In this document: piece by piece, positions 1 to 50,809 of the stretch | Layout: every line of letters begins with the position of its first letter | Numbering within the stretch: the first letter of the stretch is position 1 | Source: Eledone cirrhosa | Taxonomy: Eukaryota | Reading direction: 5' to 3' | NCBI GenBank assembly: GCA_964016885.1 | Contig: OZ024743.1 | Coordinates: 296,918,001-296,982,000, forward strand | Length of the DNA: 64,000 nt | Translations under genes and position numbers: made by a program | Notes under the pieces: generated by a model | Database searches by the model: none | The model's input: the letters and a program-made list of their open reading frames with translations, nothing else | What the model was told of the DNA's origin: nothing

Positions 1-1905
1 TAGCTAGGTACTTTTCCTGTAACTGCCTCACAAGGAAGAGGGCATCAGTGGTGCCTCTTCCTGGTACAAACCCAAATTGCATCTCATCTAGTTTCACCTG
101 GTCCCTAATCAACTGTGCTATAACTCTTTCTGTTACTTTCATGACCTGGTCCATCAGCTTTATACCTCTATAGTTTCCTCTATCGAGTGCATCACCTTTC
201 CCTTTGTAGCAGTTGACAATGATGCTACTGCACCAATCATTTAGTGTGACCTACAGACCCAGATGCCTTCAGCATCTCGGCAGCTATACCCGATGGACCG
301 GTTGCCTTCCCCATCTTCATATCTTTGATTGCCTTACTTACTACGCTGCTGCTGACTTTTACTGCTGGCCCCTCTATAGGGTCTACTTGGGGTAGGGTCT
401 CTTCTTCCCATGCATTCTCCTCATTTAGTAATCTATCATAATGACTCTTCCATGCAACTTTCTTCTCAGCACTTGTGAGGGTAAGCTCACCTTTATCATT
501 CCGGATACACTTCTCTCCAATGACATCACAATTCTCTCTGACACACTGCCTCGCAATCTTGAACACCTCCTGTTTCTGGTCCTCAAGTTGCAAAACATGT
601 TTGAATTTTCTATCCTCTGCTTCCCTCTTAGCTAAGTATACTTGTCGCCTAGCTTCCCTCTTGGTTTCTATGTAATGTACCCTGCTCCCCCCGTTCTTCC
701 ATTCTTTCCATCCCTGTCTCTTGGCCTTAACTGCCTCATCTACTTTATTGTTCCACCACCAAGTCACTCTCCTCCTGCTTGTGGTCTTACTCCAGCCACA
801 GACCTCATCCGTCGCCTCTAGTAAGTTATTTTTTAGGAACTCTCAGTGCTCGTCTACATTGAATGTCTCTATCTGTTCTTCTCTACTGTCGTAGGCGTTG
901 AGTAAAATATCTTTAAATCTGTTACTGGCTGAGGGGTCTTTCAGCTTCCAGATCTTTCTTCTCCAGGTTGGCCTCTGTTTCCAGGTTCATCTAGTTTTGA
1001 CCGTGAGGTCACTGACAACTAAGCTATGTTGGGAGGTACATTCCTCACTAGGGAAGGCTTTTGTGTTTACGACCGTCCATCTGTCACGTCCTCTGATGAG
1101 GATAAAATCTATCTGACTAGAATGCTCCCCTGATCTATAGGTGATCAGGTGGTTGTCGGGTTTTTTGAAGTTTGTGTTACATATCGATATGTCATTGGCG
1201 TCGCAGAATTCTAGAAGTCTGAATCCTTCTTCATTTCTTGTGCCAACTCCATGGCCTCCATGGACTCTATTGAAGCCGTCACAGTGTTTACCTACGTGTC
1301 CGTTAAAATCTCCTGCGATGATTAGGAAGTCATTGTCGTTTGTTAGAGCAGTAGTGTGCATTAGGGACTCGTAAAATCTATCTTTAAGTTCGTTTGACAA
1401 CCCCGATTGGGGTGCGTAAGCTGATATTATTGTGGTAATTGTTTTATTCAGGACTAGTCTGAGTTTAATGATTCTTGCATTTACCCTGTACACTGAGATT
1501 ACTTTATCTACCCACTTGTCAGCTAGTAGTATACCTACACCACCCATCCCATCGTCATTTCCCACCCAGAAAAATTTGTAGCACCGACTTTTTCCTACAA
1601 GGACTCTAGCAGACTCTCCTCTCCATCTAGTCTCTTGCACACAGCATACATCAATTTCCTTTCGCTCTAGCATTTCTACTATTTCTCCTGCTCTTCCTTT
1701 TATTGTGCTTACATTGATGGTACCAACTCGGAGTTTTGGGCATTTGTCGACACTCGTAGGCAAGGGTCGATTTTTGCAGGGGTGTGTGTGTGCTTCCTTT
1801 CTCTGGATTGGGGCTTCACATGGGTGCTTGGTAGCTCGCGGATTCATATTCATTTCATCTATTAATTCAGAGTTGCTCCAATTTATTCTCAGCTCATCCA
1901 TACAT
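1..1905 (-). mobile_element. RTE-clade non-LTR retrotransposon, 5' part (AP endonuclease + RT start), degenerate, runs off window
   Basis: ORF 987-1901 has TINV, CVQETRW, SAYAPQ, GDFNGHVG, SQIDFIL, SQH motifs; continues via 237-767 to NYRGIKL/QFGF; premature stop at 987 and a deletion near 240. Confidence 0.93.
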
Positions 1906-2947
1906 AACGGTAGGAAAATTCAGGGCTAGAAGAACAGTGGTGGTGGTAATAACTTAATTATTATAATTAGTAGTATCTTAATTATTATCATAATTTTCTT
2001 CCCATGAGATAAAGCTGTCAGCATCACACTTCTATGTTGCTATACATTATTGACTCCCTTCTTACAGAGTTCCAGTAATGTACAAGGGTTTGAGTTAATT
2101 GCCTTCCCCCTCCAAACATTTATTGGCCTTGTGCCTTAATCAGAAACCATTATTAGCTCCCTCCCAATATGACACTCATCCATTGCTCAATCACCTATTA
2201 ATGTGGTACCACTATTTATCTTCCCTTATCATCCTGTCACTCTATTTCCTCTTTCACACTCATTCATACTCAAGACTCTCATGAGACTCTTAACTATCAT
2301 TCACAGCTCTCATTATCACACTTCTTGGTTGCTGTCTAACACCAACTCTCTGTTACTATAACACATTTGTATTGTTCAACCTCCCTCCTACTAACAAGCA
2401 ACATGTTGCTATCATTATCCCCCTCCCTCCCTTACTATAATATTTCTTTTTCCCTTCACATTCATATTCATATTATCTTCTCATTTAACCTCTTGGTCAT
2501 CGCTCCCCTTCAAATCAAACCCTTGAGGACTTTTGCCTTGAAAGAATGGAAATGTAGTGTACAGAGGACAAATTCTTTAATATCATTGCAGAGGTGGGGA
2601 ACCTTTTCATGTTGAAAGGCTGCATTAAGTTACTTGAATATAATAAGGCTGCATTCAAGAAACCATAATTATATATTCTTAAAATTTTGATAATCACTGG
2701 TGTACTAAATCCCCATGGGTTTTCATAAACCAGCCTCGGGTGATAGTCTCTACAGTTAAACAGGAATTTAATGTACATTCTAGAATCACGTTAGAACTAA
2801 AACATGAGTGTAGAAAGTGCTGAAATGGCCCTTATGATCTACTAATTTTTAAAATTCTGGCTGTCTGTCAGTGTAGATTATTTCATTGAATTGTCTTTTA
2901 CTCTTTGGTATTTAAAATACATTAATCTTATGGTTTAAATTAAAATA

Positions 2948-3136
2948 ATTGTTTCTACTATTGCCACAAGGCCAGCAATTACCCAGTGTATTACTGGTAC
3001 TTTACTTTATCGACCCCATAAGGATGAAAGGCAAAGTTAACCTCGGCGGGATTTGAACTCAGAATGGCAAGGGCCGTAACTCTATGCGTCAAAGCATGGC
3101 GTCCGACCCTCTACCGATACTGCCAATTCACCGCCC
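2948..3136 (-). mobile_element. tRNA-derived SINE, family A, with 11-bp TSD
   Basis: A box TGGCAGTATCGG, B box GAGTTCAAATC, central GCCTTTCATCCTTATGGGGTCGATAAA box; ATTAAAATAAT at 2939 and 3138. Confidence 0.85.
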
Positions 3137-4987
3137 TATTAAAATAATAAGAGATAGACAGAAGCATATTAATAAAAAAAAAAGATATATTCTTTCGAAA
3201 GGCTGCACAGAATGGCATAGAAAGCTATGTGGCCTTAAATCTGCAGGTTTCCATCTCTGTACTAGTGCCATGATAAAATGCAACCAGTATACTCTCTAAA
3301 GTGATTGATGGTCAAGCGGAAACGATGCTATGAAGAGAGAGCACATTAATCATGTTGAGGACATGACAACCTCTCTAGTGCTGGTGTTAATAAGAGCATC
3401 CTGCTGTAGAAATGATGCCCCAAATTTTAATGTACAAGTGGTCCACAAACTATCCAGAAGGGCATCAATTCCAAATAAGAATTGACTTAGATATCCAACC
3501 TAAGCTACCATGAAAAGCAGATGTAAAAGTGATGTTGATGATGATGAAGATTAATGTTAACCGAGACCATTTTGCTGGACTTTCTCCATCTATTAAATTT
3601 TCATTTGGTTTTACTTAGCAGTTAATATTTATTTAAAGTTATATTTATAAAATACTGTGTTTGTCTTCTCAGGTGCATTACTTCCCTTGTATTTAATATC
3701 ACTTCTGATAAAGTATACAAACTCATTACCTTTTCATTTTGAGTCCCATAACTCCTGATAGTTATAGGGGCACTGTAGATGTATACAGAATTTCTTGGGC
3801 ATTTTAATCCTGGTGGAGCCCATCCCTCTCTTGGTCTGAACACACCAGATTTCTTCCAGAGAAAGATAGAAAGTGAGAAAGAGATATAGAAGAAGAATTG
3901 ACCCAGTAATAGACTGGTACTTTTTTATTGACCTCACCAGGATTTGAACTTAGAGAGCAGAGAACTGGAACTAATACCACAAATCATTCTCTCTGATGTT
4001 CTAACAGCTCTACCAATTCATCACCTTACAAATTGTCATAGTTGAGGATAAAAGGAAATATAAGACTTTCTGACGAGCTGATAAAATAGAATATATAAAC
4101 AACAATATATTTTGTAGGTCCCTTTTGTAAGACAGTAGTTAGTTGACCCCATTATGTCACTCAAATATCTTTTCACATCAGGCAAATAAAAGCCAAAGAT
4201 GATTGACGTGGAATTTGAATTTAAAACAACTAAAGACGCTAAAGTGTGTCTAATCTATATTCTTTTTCACATGTTGATATTGTCCTATAGAATTTCTTTT
4301 TAAACTATTTAATCAGGGAAGGAAGGGCAGTACTCATAACTGTTTTAAAGTCCTACAAGACTGGTAGGAGAGAGGGGGGGGGAGGGGAGAAGGTGGAGAG
4401 AGTTGGCTTGAATACTTGCAACAAAATGGATCCTGCTAAATGCACCCAAGGACCAGGTGGTGTGGTTAAACTGGATGATAGTCTACTATGATGCCATTAG
4501 AATTAGAAACTAATTTTGTTGAATGAATAAAACATTGTTTCGTTTATTATATATATATATATATATTTCTTTTTGAGGAGATGCATTTATTTAATACAAA
4601 TGAGAAATATCTATGTTTTATTCTGTTACTGCAGTGATTGCCTAGCTTATCCTATCTGACAGGACCATGAGGTAGACTGACTCTTAAGTTTCAATTATGG
4701 TGGTTTGGTGGTATGTGGAATAAATTTACTTGAGCTTAATTTTTGCTTTGTTGGCCGTAGAACTTTAGAATATTATTTTGCTATCAGCAGTAATCTAATT
4801 TGTATATATTATATAGAATTCTTTACAACTGAGTCCTATCATTTCTGCTTTGCAGTAATTACAATAATAACCGAAACAAGCCAGGCAGGGTGACCATTCT
4901 CATTTATTACATATTGACAATATCTATTTAATTAGTATTGGACATATTTGCACAAGAGTTATATTTCTTATTTCATCTTTTCAATAG

Positions 4988-41444
<36,457 letters not shown>

Positions 41445-42071
41445 ACTATTGGCTTAATATTGCATTAAAGAACAACAAAATTTTATTCAGAAAAAAATGT
41501 CCTTCCAACAAGTCCATATTTTTGTTTTCTAGTTTGTTAAAAATGTGCTTTTATTGGATTTTATGGAAACCTGTTTCAAGATGCATCAAAACATAAAGTT
41601 CATTGAAATCTGCTAAAACATTTGAAAAAAAGAAAAATCATTTGAAAAAAAAATTAGAAAAAATTAGAAAAACCAAAACAAAACATTCCAATGTTTGTAT
41701 CTTTGCTACTATATAGCTAAACCATTGTTGCCAATAGTAGCCTGTTGACATATGTTTGGGTATTGTCTTGTATAAACATACATTAATGGTTACCTTGTCA
41801 TGTTAATTTATGTTTCATCAGCAAGTTTAAATGTTTCAATACTGTTATAAAAGAGCTGTGTAATATATGATGTCATTGCTATTATATTATGGTTATATGA
41901 AAATGTGTCAATATTGTTAACAAGACTTTTATAAAATAATATAACACTAACGCCCACACACACATATACAAGGAATCTTAAGTGATAATCTCTCTAACAT
42001 TGGTGTCACAAAAATGCACTTGTGGCACACTAGAGAGAGGGAGTAAGTTTGGGAATGTATACTGACACATA

Positions 42072-42106
<35 letters not shown>

Positions 42107-42590
42107 AAATGTGTGAGATCCTTGGTACAGTTAGGTGTATTTGAGAAAAAAGGAAAAGAATGACTTCACTTGTAGTTCTAAATAATTTGATTTAATTTTA
42201 TAATATTATAATATTATGAGTTGGTAGATCTGGTAAGTTCTTTGTTTACTTCGGTGGGAAGAATTTTAAAGATCCTGGTTAACTTTCTTGGAGAACTTTC
42301 TCGCATTCATCTATATTTAATATAGAAATGGCTTGGAGAACTTTCTCACATTCATCTATATTTAATATAGAAATGGCTTCTACAGGACTAGAACTGTTTC
42401 ATTCGAAGGAAATCATCAGGAAAGCTGATATATATATATATATATATATATAATAAGAAAATGCAAAGTAGTTTCAGATGTTAAAATCCTTTATTGATAA
42501 GGCTGTGATACATATTTCAATGACGACAGTGGCCACGCGATTCCGCATACCCAGTGCCATGATTTCATCTTACATAAAAGGTTACGTTTA

Positions 42591-42638
<48 letters not shown>

Positions 42639-42765
42639 AAGAAATATGTAAAATCTTGATCGCAATATCAAGCAGTTTCGGATTGTATATTCAGTGAACC
42701 TTATATATAGTTCAAGAATAGACAAGACAAGCACAGAGATACAAAAACACAGTCTTAAAATGGTG

Positions 42766-42809
<44 letters not shown>

Positions 42810-45800
42810 TGCTTGAACAAATGTCATGTGACAAAAGAAGGAGACCTTGATATAAAAATAGAGGTTAATATTTATAAATTGTTTATGGGATCAGTTTCAT
42901 TTGGAACTCTATCAATAGACTACAGTATCAATAGAATACCTCATTGGCAAAGTACACCCTATGGAGCTCAAAATCATCAGTCAGCCATGACTGATAAAAA
43001 TGAGCCTGCACTTTGCCAATATCTGAAACTGATAGCATTGTACCATGACTGGTCGCGACTGGTTGCATGAAGAATATGTAGTATGTTATGCATATGAAAG
43101 CATATGACAATACTTTCATATTGGCATATACCAATATTAAAGAACATTCAACACTGTCATATAGATACATCTCACACACTTCAACACTCTTCCACATAGA
43201 TGTGTATCAATGTTATATTGCCATATATACCCAGCACTATATTGATATATACTATCATAATATCATAAGTATGATATTATTGTCATGTTTTTGAATCCTT
43301 GGCTCAATTTTATATTTAGTTCTAAAATTGTTTTTTTTTTTTAACAAAATACATAATTTTTATTTTTTTGTATTTTATTTATAGAATGCTTTTGAAATAT
43401 TAAAGAATAAAAATTGATTTTAAAAAACAGTTAACTGTACAAAACTTTGAGAGAATGGACAGAATTGTTTTCTTTTGGGGGGGAAACCCATTCAGTTTCA
43501 GGAACAATGGATATATTCCAGGATGGGCCATGTTTCATGAAAACTTCATAAGAAGTACTTATCCAAAGACACCAGTTTAAAAATATTTTTCATCTAATTG
43601 TGTAAATTTAAGTACTTGTTTTGTTTTAAAAATTTAGTTGAAAACAAAAATGTAGTCGCATCTTTTTATTTGTCCGTTCTTTTATCATAACTGCAGTTTG
43701 GAGAATAGTTGTACATATTCTAAAATGTTAAAGAGTCACCACAAGTTTGTTTTCTTCAAAATTTCTCTTGTTGATTCCCTCCAGTAGAATGTTTAAATAG
43801 TGAAAATGAAAGAGAACTTTTATCAACCCCAAAAATTTTGAGATGACATTCTAATTTTTAACTCTTAAAATTTCAACAGACATGTGAATTAACATTCATA
43901 AACTCTCTATTGTAAACAATCATATTTTTAAAAGAATATATATATTATCACTGAAAACTTTTCATGGAACTTACACACAATCTTATTTTATCTGAACAAA
44001 AATATATCTACAATCATTGGTGATTTTGTACATTCTTCCAGGAAAAGGTAAAACCTATTGATTAACTTAATTGAATAAAATATTCTCCAAATCTCCATTT
44101 TTCTGCAATATTGTTATTCCTAGCAGTATACTTTCTCCCTGTTGAATGCTGTGAAAAAAAATTGAATAAGATGGTTGGGTCATGTGTTGAAGAAGGATGA
44201 AAGTGACTGGGTGAGAAGAGTGATGGAAATTAATGTGGAAAGAAGTAGAAGAAAGGGATGATTAAGAAAGACACGGCTAAAGATGATTGATGAGGAAATA
44301 AACGCTAGTGGTTTGGTGAGGGAGCTGCAGGTGATAGGACAAAATAGAGAAGCTTGTCTTAGTTAAGGTTTGCGAGGCTAAACCCTGCGTTAGCAAGGAA
44401 AATTGCTTTAAAACTCTTATTGTTTTGTAATCAATAAGACCTATGGGCATATAAGATGCATGGCTATGTAAGATCCCCACCTATTTTAGCAAGGAATATT
44501 CAGAAAAAAGGTATTTATATAGTTATAGGTAAGCATATAATGTAGCTCAACTTCACATATAAGACCTAGATAAGTTTATTAAGCCCTTTTTTTTCATAAA
44601 CAGTATATTAACAGAGTTGCTAGAGCATCAGGTTAAATGCCTCTATTTGTCTTTGTTCTCTTGAGTTCAAATTTTGATACATTCAATTCTATCATTCAGA
44701 GGGACAGTTTGCTTTGCAGTACCTGTTCTAGCTCTGTATAGTCTGAGTTCAAATCCTGCTTCCTGTCACTGAAAAAGTGGTGATGCTTCTGCCAGGAGTT
44801 GTAACTAGCTGATATCAGTAATGGAAAGACTAATGAAAGCCTAATTTCCTCAGTCTGATTTGATGATTAGCTTCTTTCCTTTCCTTTTATTTGACTAACA
44901 GCTTGGCATATACTAGGTTTCATTCAGCACCTGTAACCTCTTCCCCTAAAAAAATATGTAGTCATGTGTCAATATGATAAATCATTATGATAATTATTAT
45001 TGTATAGGTGGGTGATTGTCAGAATTAGAAGTGTATTGGACAAAATATCTTGTAGTATACAGTTCTGTCCCCTTAAGTTCTAATTTCAGATCAAGCTGGT
45101 GGTAATTTTAGTTTGTTTTTTTACCATTCCTCTTTTAGGGGTTTCAATTAGTTTTTAAAACAATCAAGAATGTTGCAGGGTTTAATAAATAGCTAACATT
45201 GTCATCAATAAAATGGTGTTTCGAAAATATAATGTTAACCACATGAATGAACCAATGAAAGATTGTCACATTCTTTCATTCACTTGTCTCTCTGAAAGAC
45301 AAAGACTCAAGTAGATGTTGCCTCATGGTCTAGGTGACAAAATTGCAAAGATTTTACACCAGAGGATAGTGAGAGAAATGCAGTAAAAGAACCAGTCCAA
45401 GGACCTATTCTTGTGGGTTGCCTATCCCATCACGATTATGGTAAGTAGGAAGGTGGTTTGTGGACCCAGGACACTGGAAGTTTTCACCACTATTGGTTCA
45501 GTAATAAAGCTGCCAGTACTTTATCAATGATTTTCATATAATTAAAATGAATTTAGTCTAATAAATATTTACTTTTTATATTTTTAAAACTGAATTGAAA
45601 TTGTGATCTTAATTAATAATTGGTCATTAGTGAATATACTAATTAGGCAATTGCTTTTTATATTTTACTGTTTATTCAGGGAGAGAAGAGTAGTGTCTAT
45701 TACCTATTTTAAGGCATTTGAGATTGATAGAAAAGAGAAATGGAGGTAGTTATTCTCCAACTATAGATTCCAACAGTTTGGACTCTTCTCTTCTTTTCCT

Positions 45801-47534
45801 TCTTTGCCTACTTAATCTTGAAAAGATTGTGGGGGCAATCCTCAGACATTCCTTCCTGATGGTCATATCTGAAGCAATTGTATTAAAATAATTTGGCTAG
45901 ATCCCCAAGCAAGACCTGTCAACTTTTTGGATGCTATCCAACCACCTCAATCGTGGTCTGTATCTATGTATTCTTCCAGTTGACTTTCCCATAAGATCCA
46001 TCCAGCAATTCCTTCCTTAGACATTCTAGCCACATAACCACAATACCAAAGCTGTGATCTCTGGATCTTGATGTGAGAAGCAGTGGCTCTACTTGGAATG
46101 ACATGTGTTAAACTGATTGATGAATTATGTCTACCATTGAAGTATGCCACTATATGAGTCCAACTCAGAATGCTAAGTACCAAGACAAGTACCACAAGTA
46201 ATCTCATCTATGCTCTAACAACTTTGTCAACCCACTATTCTCAACTGGTACTTTATTTAATTGATCCTTAAAAGATGGAAGTCTATGCTAAACTTTGACA
46301 GGATGTGAATTCACAGTGTAGAGAGCTGGAACAAATACCAAAAGACATTTTGTCTTACATTGTTAATTCTGCCACATTGCAGACCTGCTTGAAGTTCAAT
46401 TTGCTAATCAAAAAATTATTGGTCAATATATTTATTATTGGTTGGTGTGTTTTTGGTGAATTTTATTGCAGCTTTCAAAAAGAATCAACACTTTGTTCTT
46501 TATATTGATAATTCCTATAGGCTTCATTGACCTTCTTCCAGCTGTATTACATCTCCTCAATATTTTCCTTGATCTTTGCATCATTATTTACATTAAGGTA
46601 TTGATCATTATCACAATCATCATCTTCATCACTATCTTCCTCCTCCTCATCACTTTCATGATCATCATCATTATTATTGTTGTCATTGTTGTTATCACTA
46701 TCATCAACATCATCATCTTCATCACCATTATTGCTATTCTTCCCCCTTCTTGTCATTTACTTTGCAGCATAGAGTTACAGCCCTTTACGTTCTGAGTTCA
46801 AATCCCACCAAGGTTAACTTTGCCTTTCATCCTTACTTGGAAGATAAAATAAAGTACCAGTAATGCACTGGGATAATTGCTGGCCTTGTGCTAAAAGTAG
46901 AAACAATTATTATTGTCATCATCAGCAGCAGCAACAAGAAATCAATGTGCCCTGGCAGTTAGTTCAAGTCACTTAAGTGCATAATGAGTTACACAAATCC
47001 TCCATTTGTCAATTTAGTCTTAACAATGTGATTCTGATAATGTATTATTAGGTTTATGACACCCAACAAACAGACATTGCATGCAAGGAGACTTTGGTCA
47101 TAAAAACCCTTGCGTTGTTTGATGCAATGTCTATAGAGAATTATGCCAACAACTGTATTAGCCTCAGACCTCAGCCAAATGGAAGCATTAACCCTTTAAA
47201 TACCAATCCATCTAAAACTGTTTCTGTTAAAGTGTTCATATTTAAATTCAAACTTTGGCCTGAAATGTTATTACTATATTACATCCCACTGAGTTCAACT
47301 TTGCTATTCATCCTTCTGGAGTCGATAAAATAAAGTACCAGTCAAGTACTGGAGTTACTTTAACTGACTTATTCATTCCCCTAAATTCTGGCCTTGTGCC
47401 TAACTTAGAAGTCATTAAGTTAAAAGTTAGCTATTTCACAAAACTTGTAATTCTTCACTACATTGATAATTAAAACATAAATGTAATATATTCTGGTTAG
47501 AAATATGGTCACAAAAGGAATAATTAAAACAGTC

Positions 47535-48400
47535 TTCTTCTCCTTCGCCCACTTATTCCTGAGAGGCTCATGGGGACAGAGTCCTTCAACACTCCTCCAG
47601 CAGGTCCTGTCAGAAGCAACTGTCTTCAACTGATCTGTCTGGATCCCCAAGCAAGACCAGCCAAGCTCATGGATGTTATCCACCCATCTTGTTCGGGGTC
47701 TACCCCTGGGTCCCCTGCCAGTTAGTTTTGCCTGTAAGATCTGTCCAAGGATTCTTTCCTGAGACATTCTAACCACATGCCCATAGTATCGAAGCTGTAT
47801 TCTCTCAATTTGGAGAAGTAGCAGCTCTACCTGGAGCTACACACTGTATCAAGTAACATTGATCCGAAGACCCTTTGGAGAAACCCCATTTTGGCCGCTT
47901 GTATTTGCAATCAAATACTTTTGGTCATTACCCAAGATTCATGACCATAAGCAAGGGCTGGCATGAATACCGAATTAAAGACATCAAGTTTGAATTTTAC
48001 ACCTTCTTTTGATTACCGACTGCTGAAGCTGGCAGATTATTGCACTAGCTCTTGCAATTCTTGCACTTAATTTAGTCTCCTGCCTTCCATCACTCATGGA
48101 CATGGCCCTGAGATACTTGAACTTCTCTGCCTGCTTGAGTGGAACTCCATTTACATGTAAGGTGCACTGTGCATGCTTCCTTGAGAGGACAAGAGTCTCA
48201 GTTTTCACAGCACTGATTTTCATTCTAGCCATGCAGCACTCGGCATCAAACCTATCAAGTGCACTATATTGTCTGCAAATTCCATCCAACTGATTTTACA
48301 CCTCTCAGTCATGATACCATTTCCAACCCAGCTGCACACGTCAATCCAGTTCATGAAAATAATGAGCAGGATGAACACTTGGCAGAGTTTGACTCCCACA
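47535..48400 (-). mobile_element. Degenerate RTE-like LINE 3' portion (second family, (AAG)n tail)
   Basis: EKFKYL and GRPRTRWVDNI motifs; shorter relatives at 32830-33060, 45790-46070 and 59945-60320. Confidence 0.75.
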
Positions 48401-49024
48401 TTGAATGGTTTCTAGTTAGCATGATGCTGAGTGTGCTAATGTCATTTCATACACACTTTTCCCCAACAACGTCCTGGTTATCATGGACACAGTGCTTAGC
48501 AATGTGGGACACTTCACATCACTGATTCTTCTGTTTTCAGCTTGTCTGTATGATATGTATACATGTCTTCTGGCTTCTCATTTAGCTTCATGATATTGAA
48601 TCCATTTCTCTAATCTTTCTACGGCAGCCTCTTTTCTTTAACAGATCTATCCACCATCTTGTTTCACCATAAGGTCACCCTCAAGATGGAACTTTACTTT
48701 AGTCACAAGTCTTCTCAGTAGCCTGTTGTAGGTTGTCTCATAGAAACTTCCAACTTCCTCTATGTCATATATATCTGATTCCACAGTTTAAAATAGCCTT
48801 ATAGATGGAAAAAATTGGCCAAGAGCCACTATCGGCCACTAGATATTATTTATAGTGATTGACTGTTGTTACAGTTATTTTCTCCATTTGGGATTCACAC
48901 ATTTAAATATATATATATATATATATATATATAAGCATAAGGGATATTCCATTTGTTGGTAATTCAACAAATATAAATGTTTATAACTGATTCAGAGCAC
49001 TCAGCAGATTTTTCTGGTGTATAA

Positions 49025-49137
49025 TATACAATGATATTAAATAAATGGAAACTATATTTATAAAACCATATTTATTCTATGATAGAATAAATATGGTTTT
49101 ATAAATATAGTTTCCATTTATTTAATATCATTGTATA
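49025..49137. repeat. Palindrome, ~56-bp arms, 1-nt spacer
   Basis: ...ccatatttattctat g atagaataaatatgg... Confidence 0.9.
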
Positions 49138-49147
49138 TATATATGCT

Positions 49148-49181
<34 letters not shown>

Positions 49182-49636
49182 AGCATCCTCATTACCGTTT
49201 AACATCCACTTTCCCTGTTAGCATGGATTAAATGAGTTGTTCCATTGTAAGAAAGTTAGATCAGATGACCATTCTTGCTCATAGAGAACCGTGGCTTGGT
49301 TGCTATGGTTGGATGCTCTTCCTAACACCAACTACATTTACAGTGTGGACTGGGTGCTTTTCGTCGTGGCACCAAAACGACCATTTTACTGTGTGGACTG
49401 GTTGCTTTTTGTTGTGACACCAATATGACTACTTCACAGGGTGGACTGGGTGCTTTTTATCATGTCACCATACAACCATTTTACAGTTTGTATTGGGTGC
49501 TTTTTGTGACACCAACACAATCAATTTACAGTGAGGACTGGGTGCTTTTGTCACATCACAAAACCTACCACTTTACAGTGGATACAGACACACACACACA
49601 CATATACTTACATGTAGATATTCATACATATATATA

Positions 49637-49844
49637 CAGAGTGTTTCAAAATTTGATATCATTTGAGATGTAAATATCCCAGAAACTACAAAGTTTAGGG
49701 CAATGAAACAGCAAATTTAATGCTGAGCAACATAAGATTTATTCCTCGAAAGTTGTCAACATTATAACACTAATTCATAATATATATTTTAACGTGATAA
49801 TCTTGGAAACAAGCCATTGATGTCAAATTCTTTGAAACACCCTG
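49637..49844. mobile_element. Tc1/mariner-type MITE
   Basis: TA|CAGAGTGTTTCAAAATTTGATATC...GATGTCAAATTCTTTGAAACACCCTG|TA. Confidence 0.75.
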
Positions 49845-50219
49845 TATATTAAATACTAACTAGAAATCACAATTCAAGTTGAAAAAGAAAAAGTTAAATA
49901 AATAGAAAATAAGAGAGAGATACATTAGTTTGCTTAGTTTTATTATATTACTTCTTACATAAAAAAAAGCACAAGTAAATAAATGAATCCCTATTAACTG
50001 GTTTTGAACATTTGTAGTCCTTATACAAGTTTTATAATTTCTGGCTACCTATGATTGGCAAAGCCATAAGTTCTATGACTTTATAGAAAAACCAACAAAA
50101 CAAAACAAAACAAAACAAATAACCACTCTACTTGAACCAGTCAAAACTATAGATTAAAAAAAAAAGAAATTCTTGCATGACTGACATTTCATATTCATTA
50201 TCATATATTCATATATGTA

Positions 50220-50266
<47 letters not shown>

Positions 50267-50555
50267 TGTGTGTGTGTTTATATGTACATATATGTATATG
50301 TATATGCAATCATATATCTATGATTTAGTTAGTATCATACAATGTCTCTTATACTCAGTTTGACAACTCTCATCCAAAGTTTATAGATTAGGATACAAGC
50401 AGTAGTTTTCTTGCAGTTCAGAGCAATCGTCTATATTATGTTTGCATATATATACATATGTATACACACATGCATATGTATATATATATATATGTCATTA
50501 AGTGATTGCCAGATAATATGATCAATATAGTTATGTATCGATCTAAATTATTCTG

Positions 50556-50606
<51 letters not shown>

Positions 50607-50755
50607 GGTTAAAGGTGTGTTTTCAGAATGCTTACATAATACATATCTAACTCATTGAAACTAGGCTCTTGTTCTCAGAGAATTGAAACAAAAACCTATT
50701 GGCTGTTGTAGGCAACTCTGAAGGAGAAGGGAGGTAATTTCAATGAATAAAGAAT

Positions 50756-50809
<54 letters not shown>

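Noticed and set aside
987-989. In-frame TGA in a retroelement as selenocysteine (cf. Naiad PLEs)
   Set aside because: It is in an RTE, at a non-Cys position, in a copy with other lesions; the PLE here has a C-terminal endonuclease, unlike Naiad
3673-4672. AG...GT-bounded segments at 3673 and 4635 as upstream ELAPOR exons
   Set aside because: No family similarity in any frame, with stops or weak donors
46466-46795. Acidic or hydrophobic low-complexity ORFs
   Set aside because: Degenerate (ATC)n microsatellite plus SINE sequence
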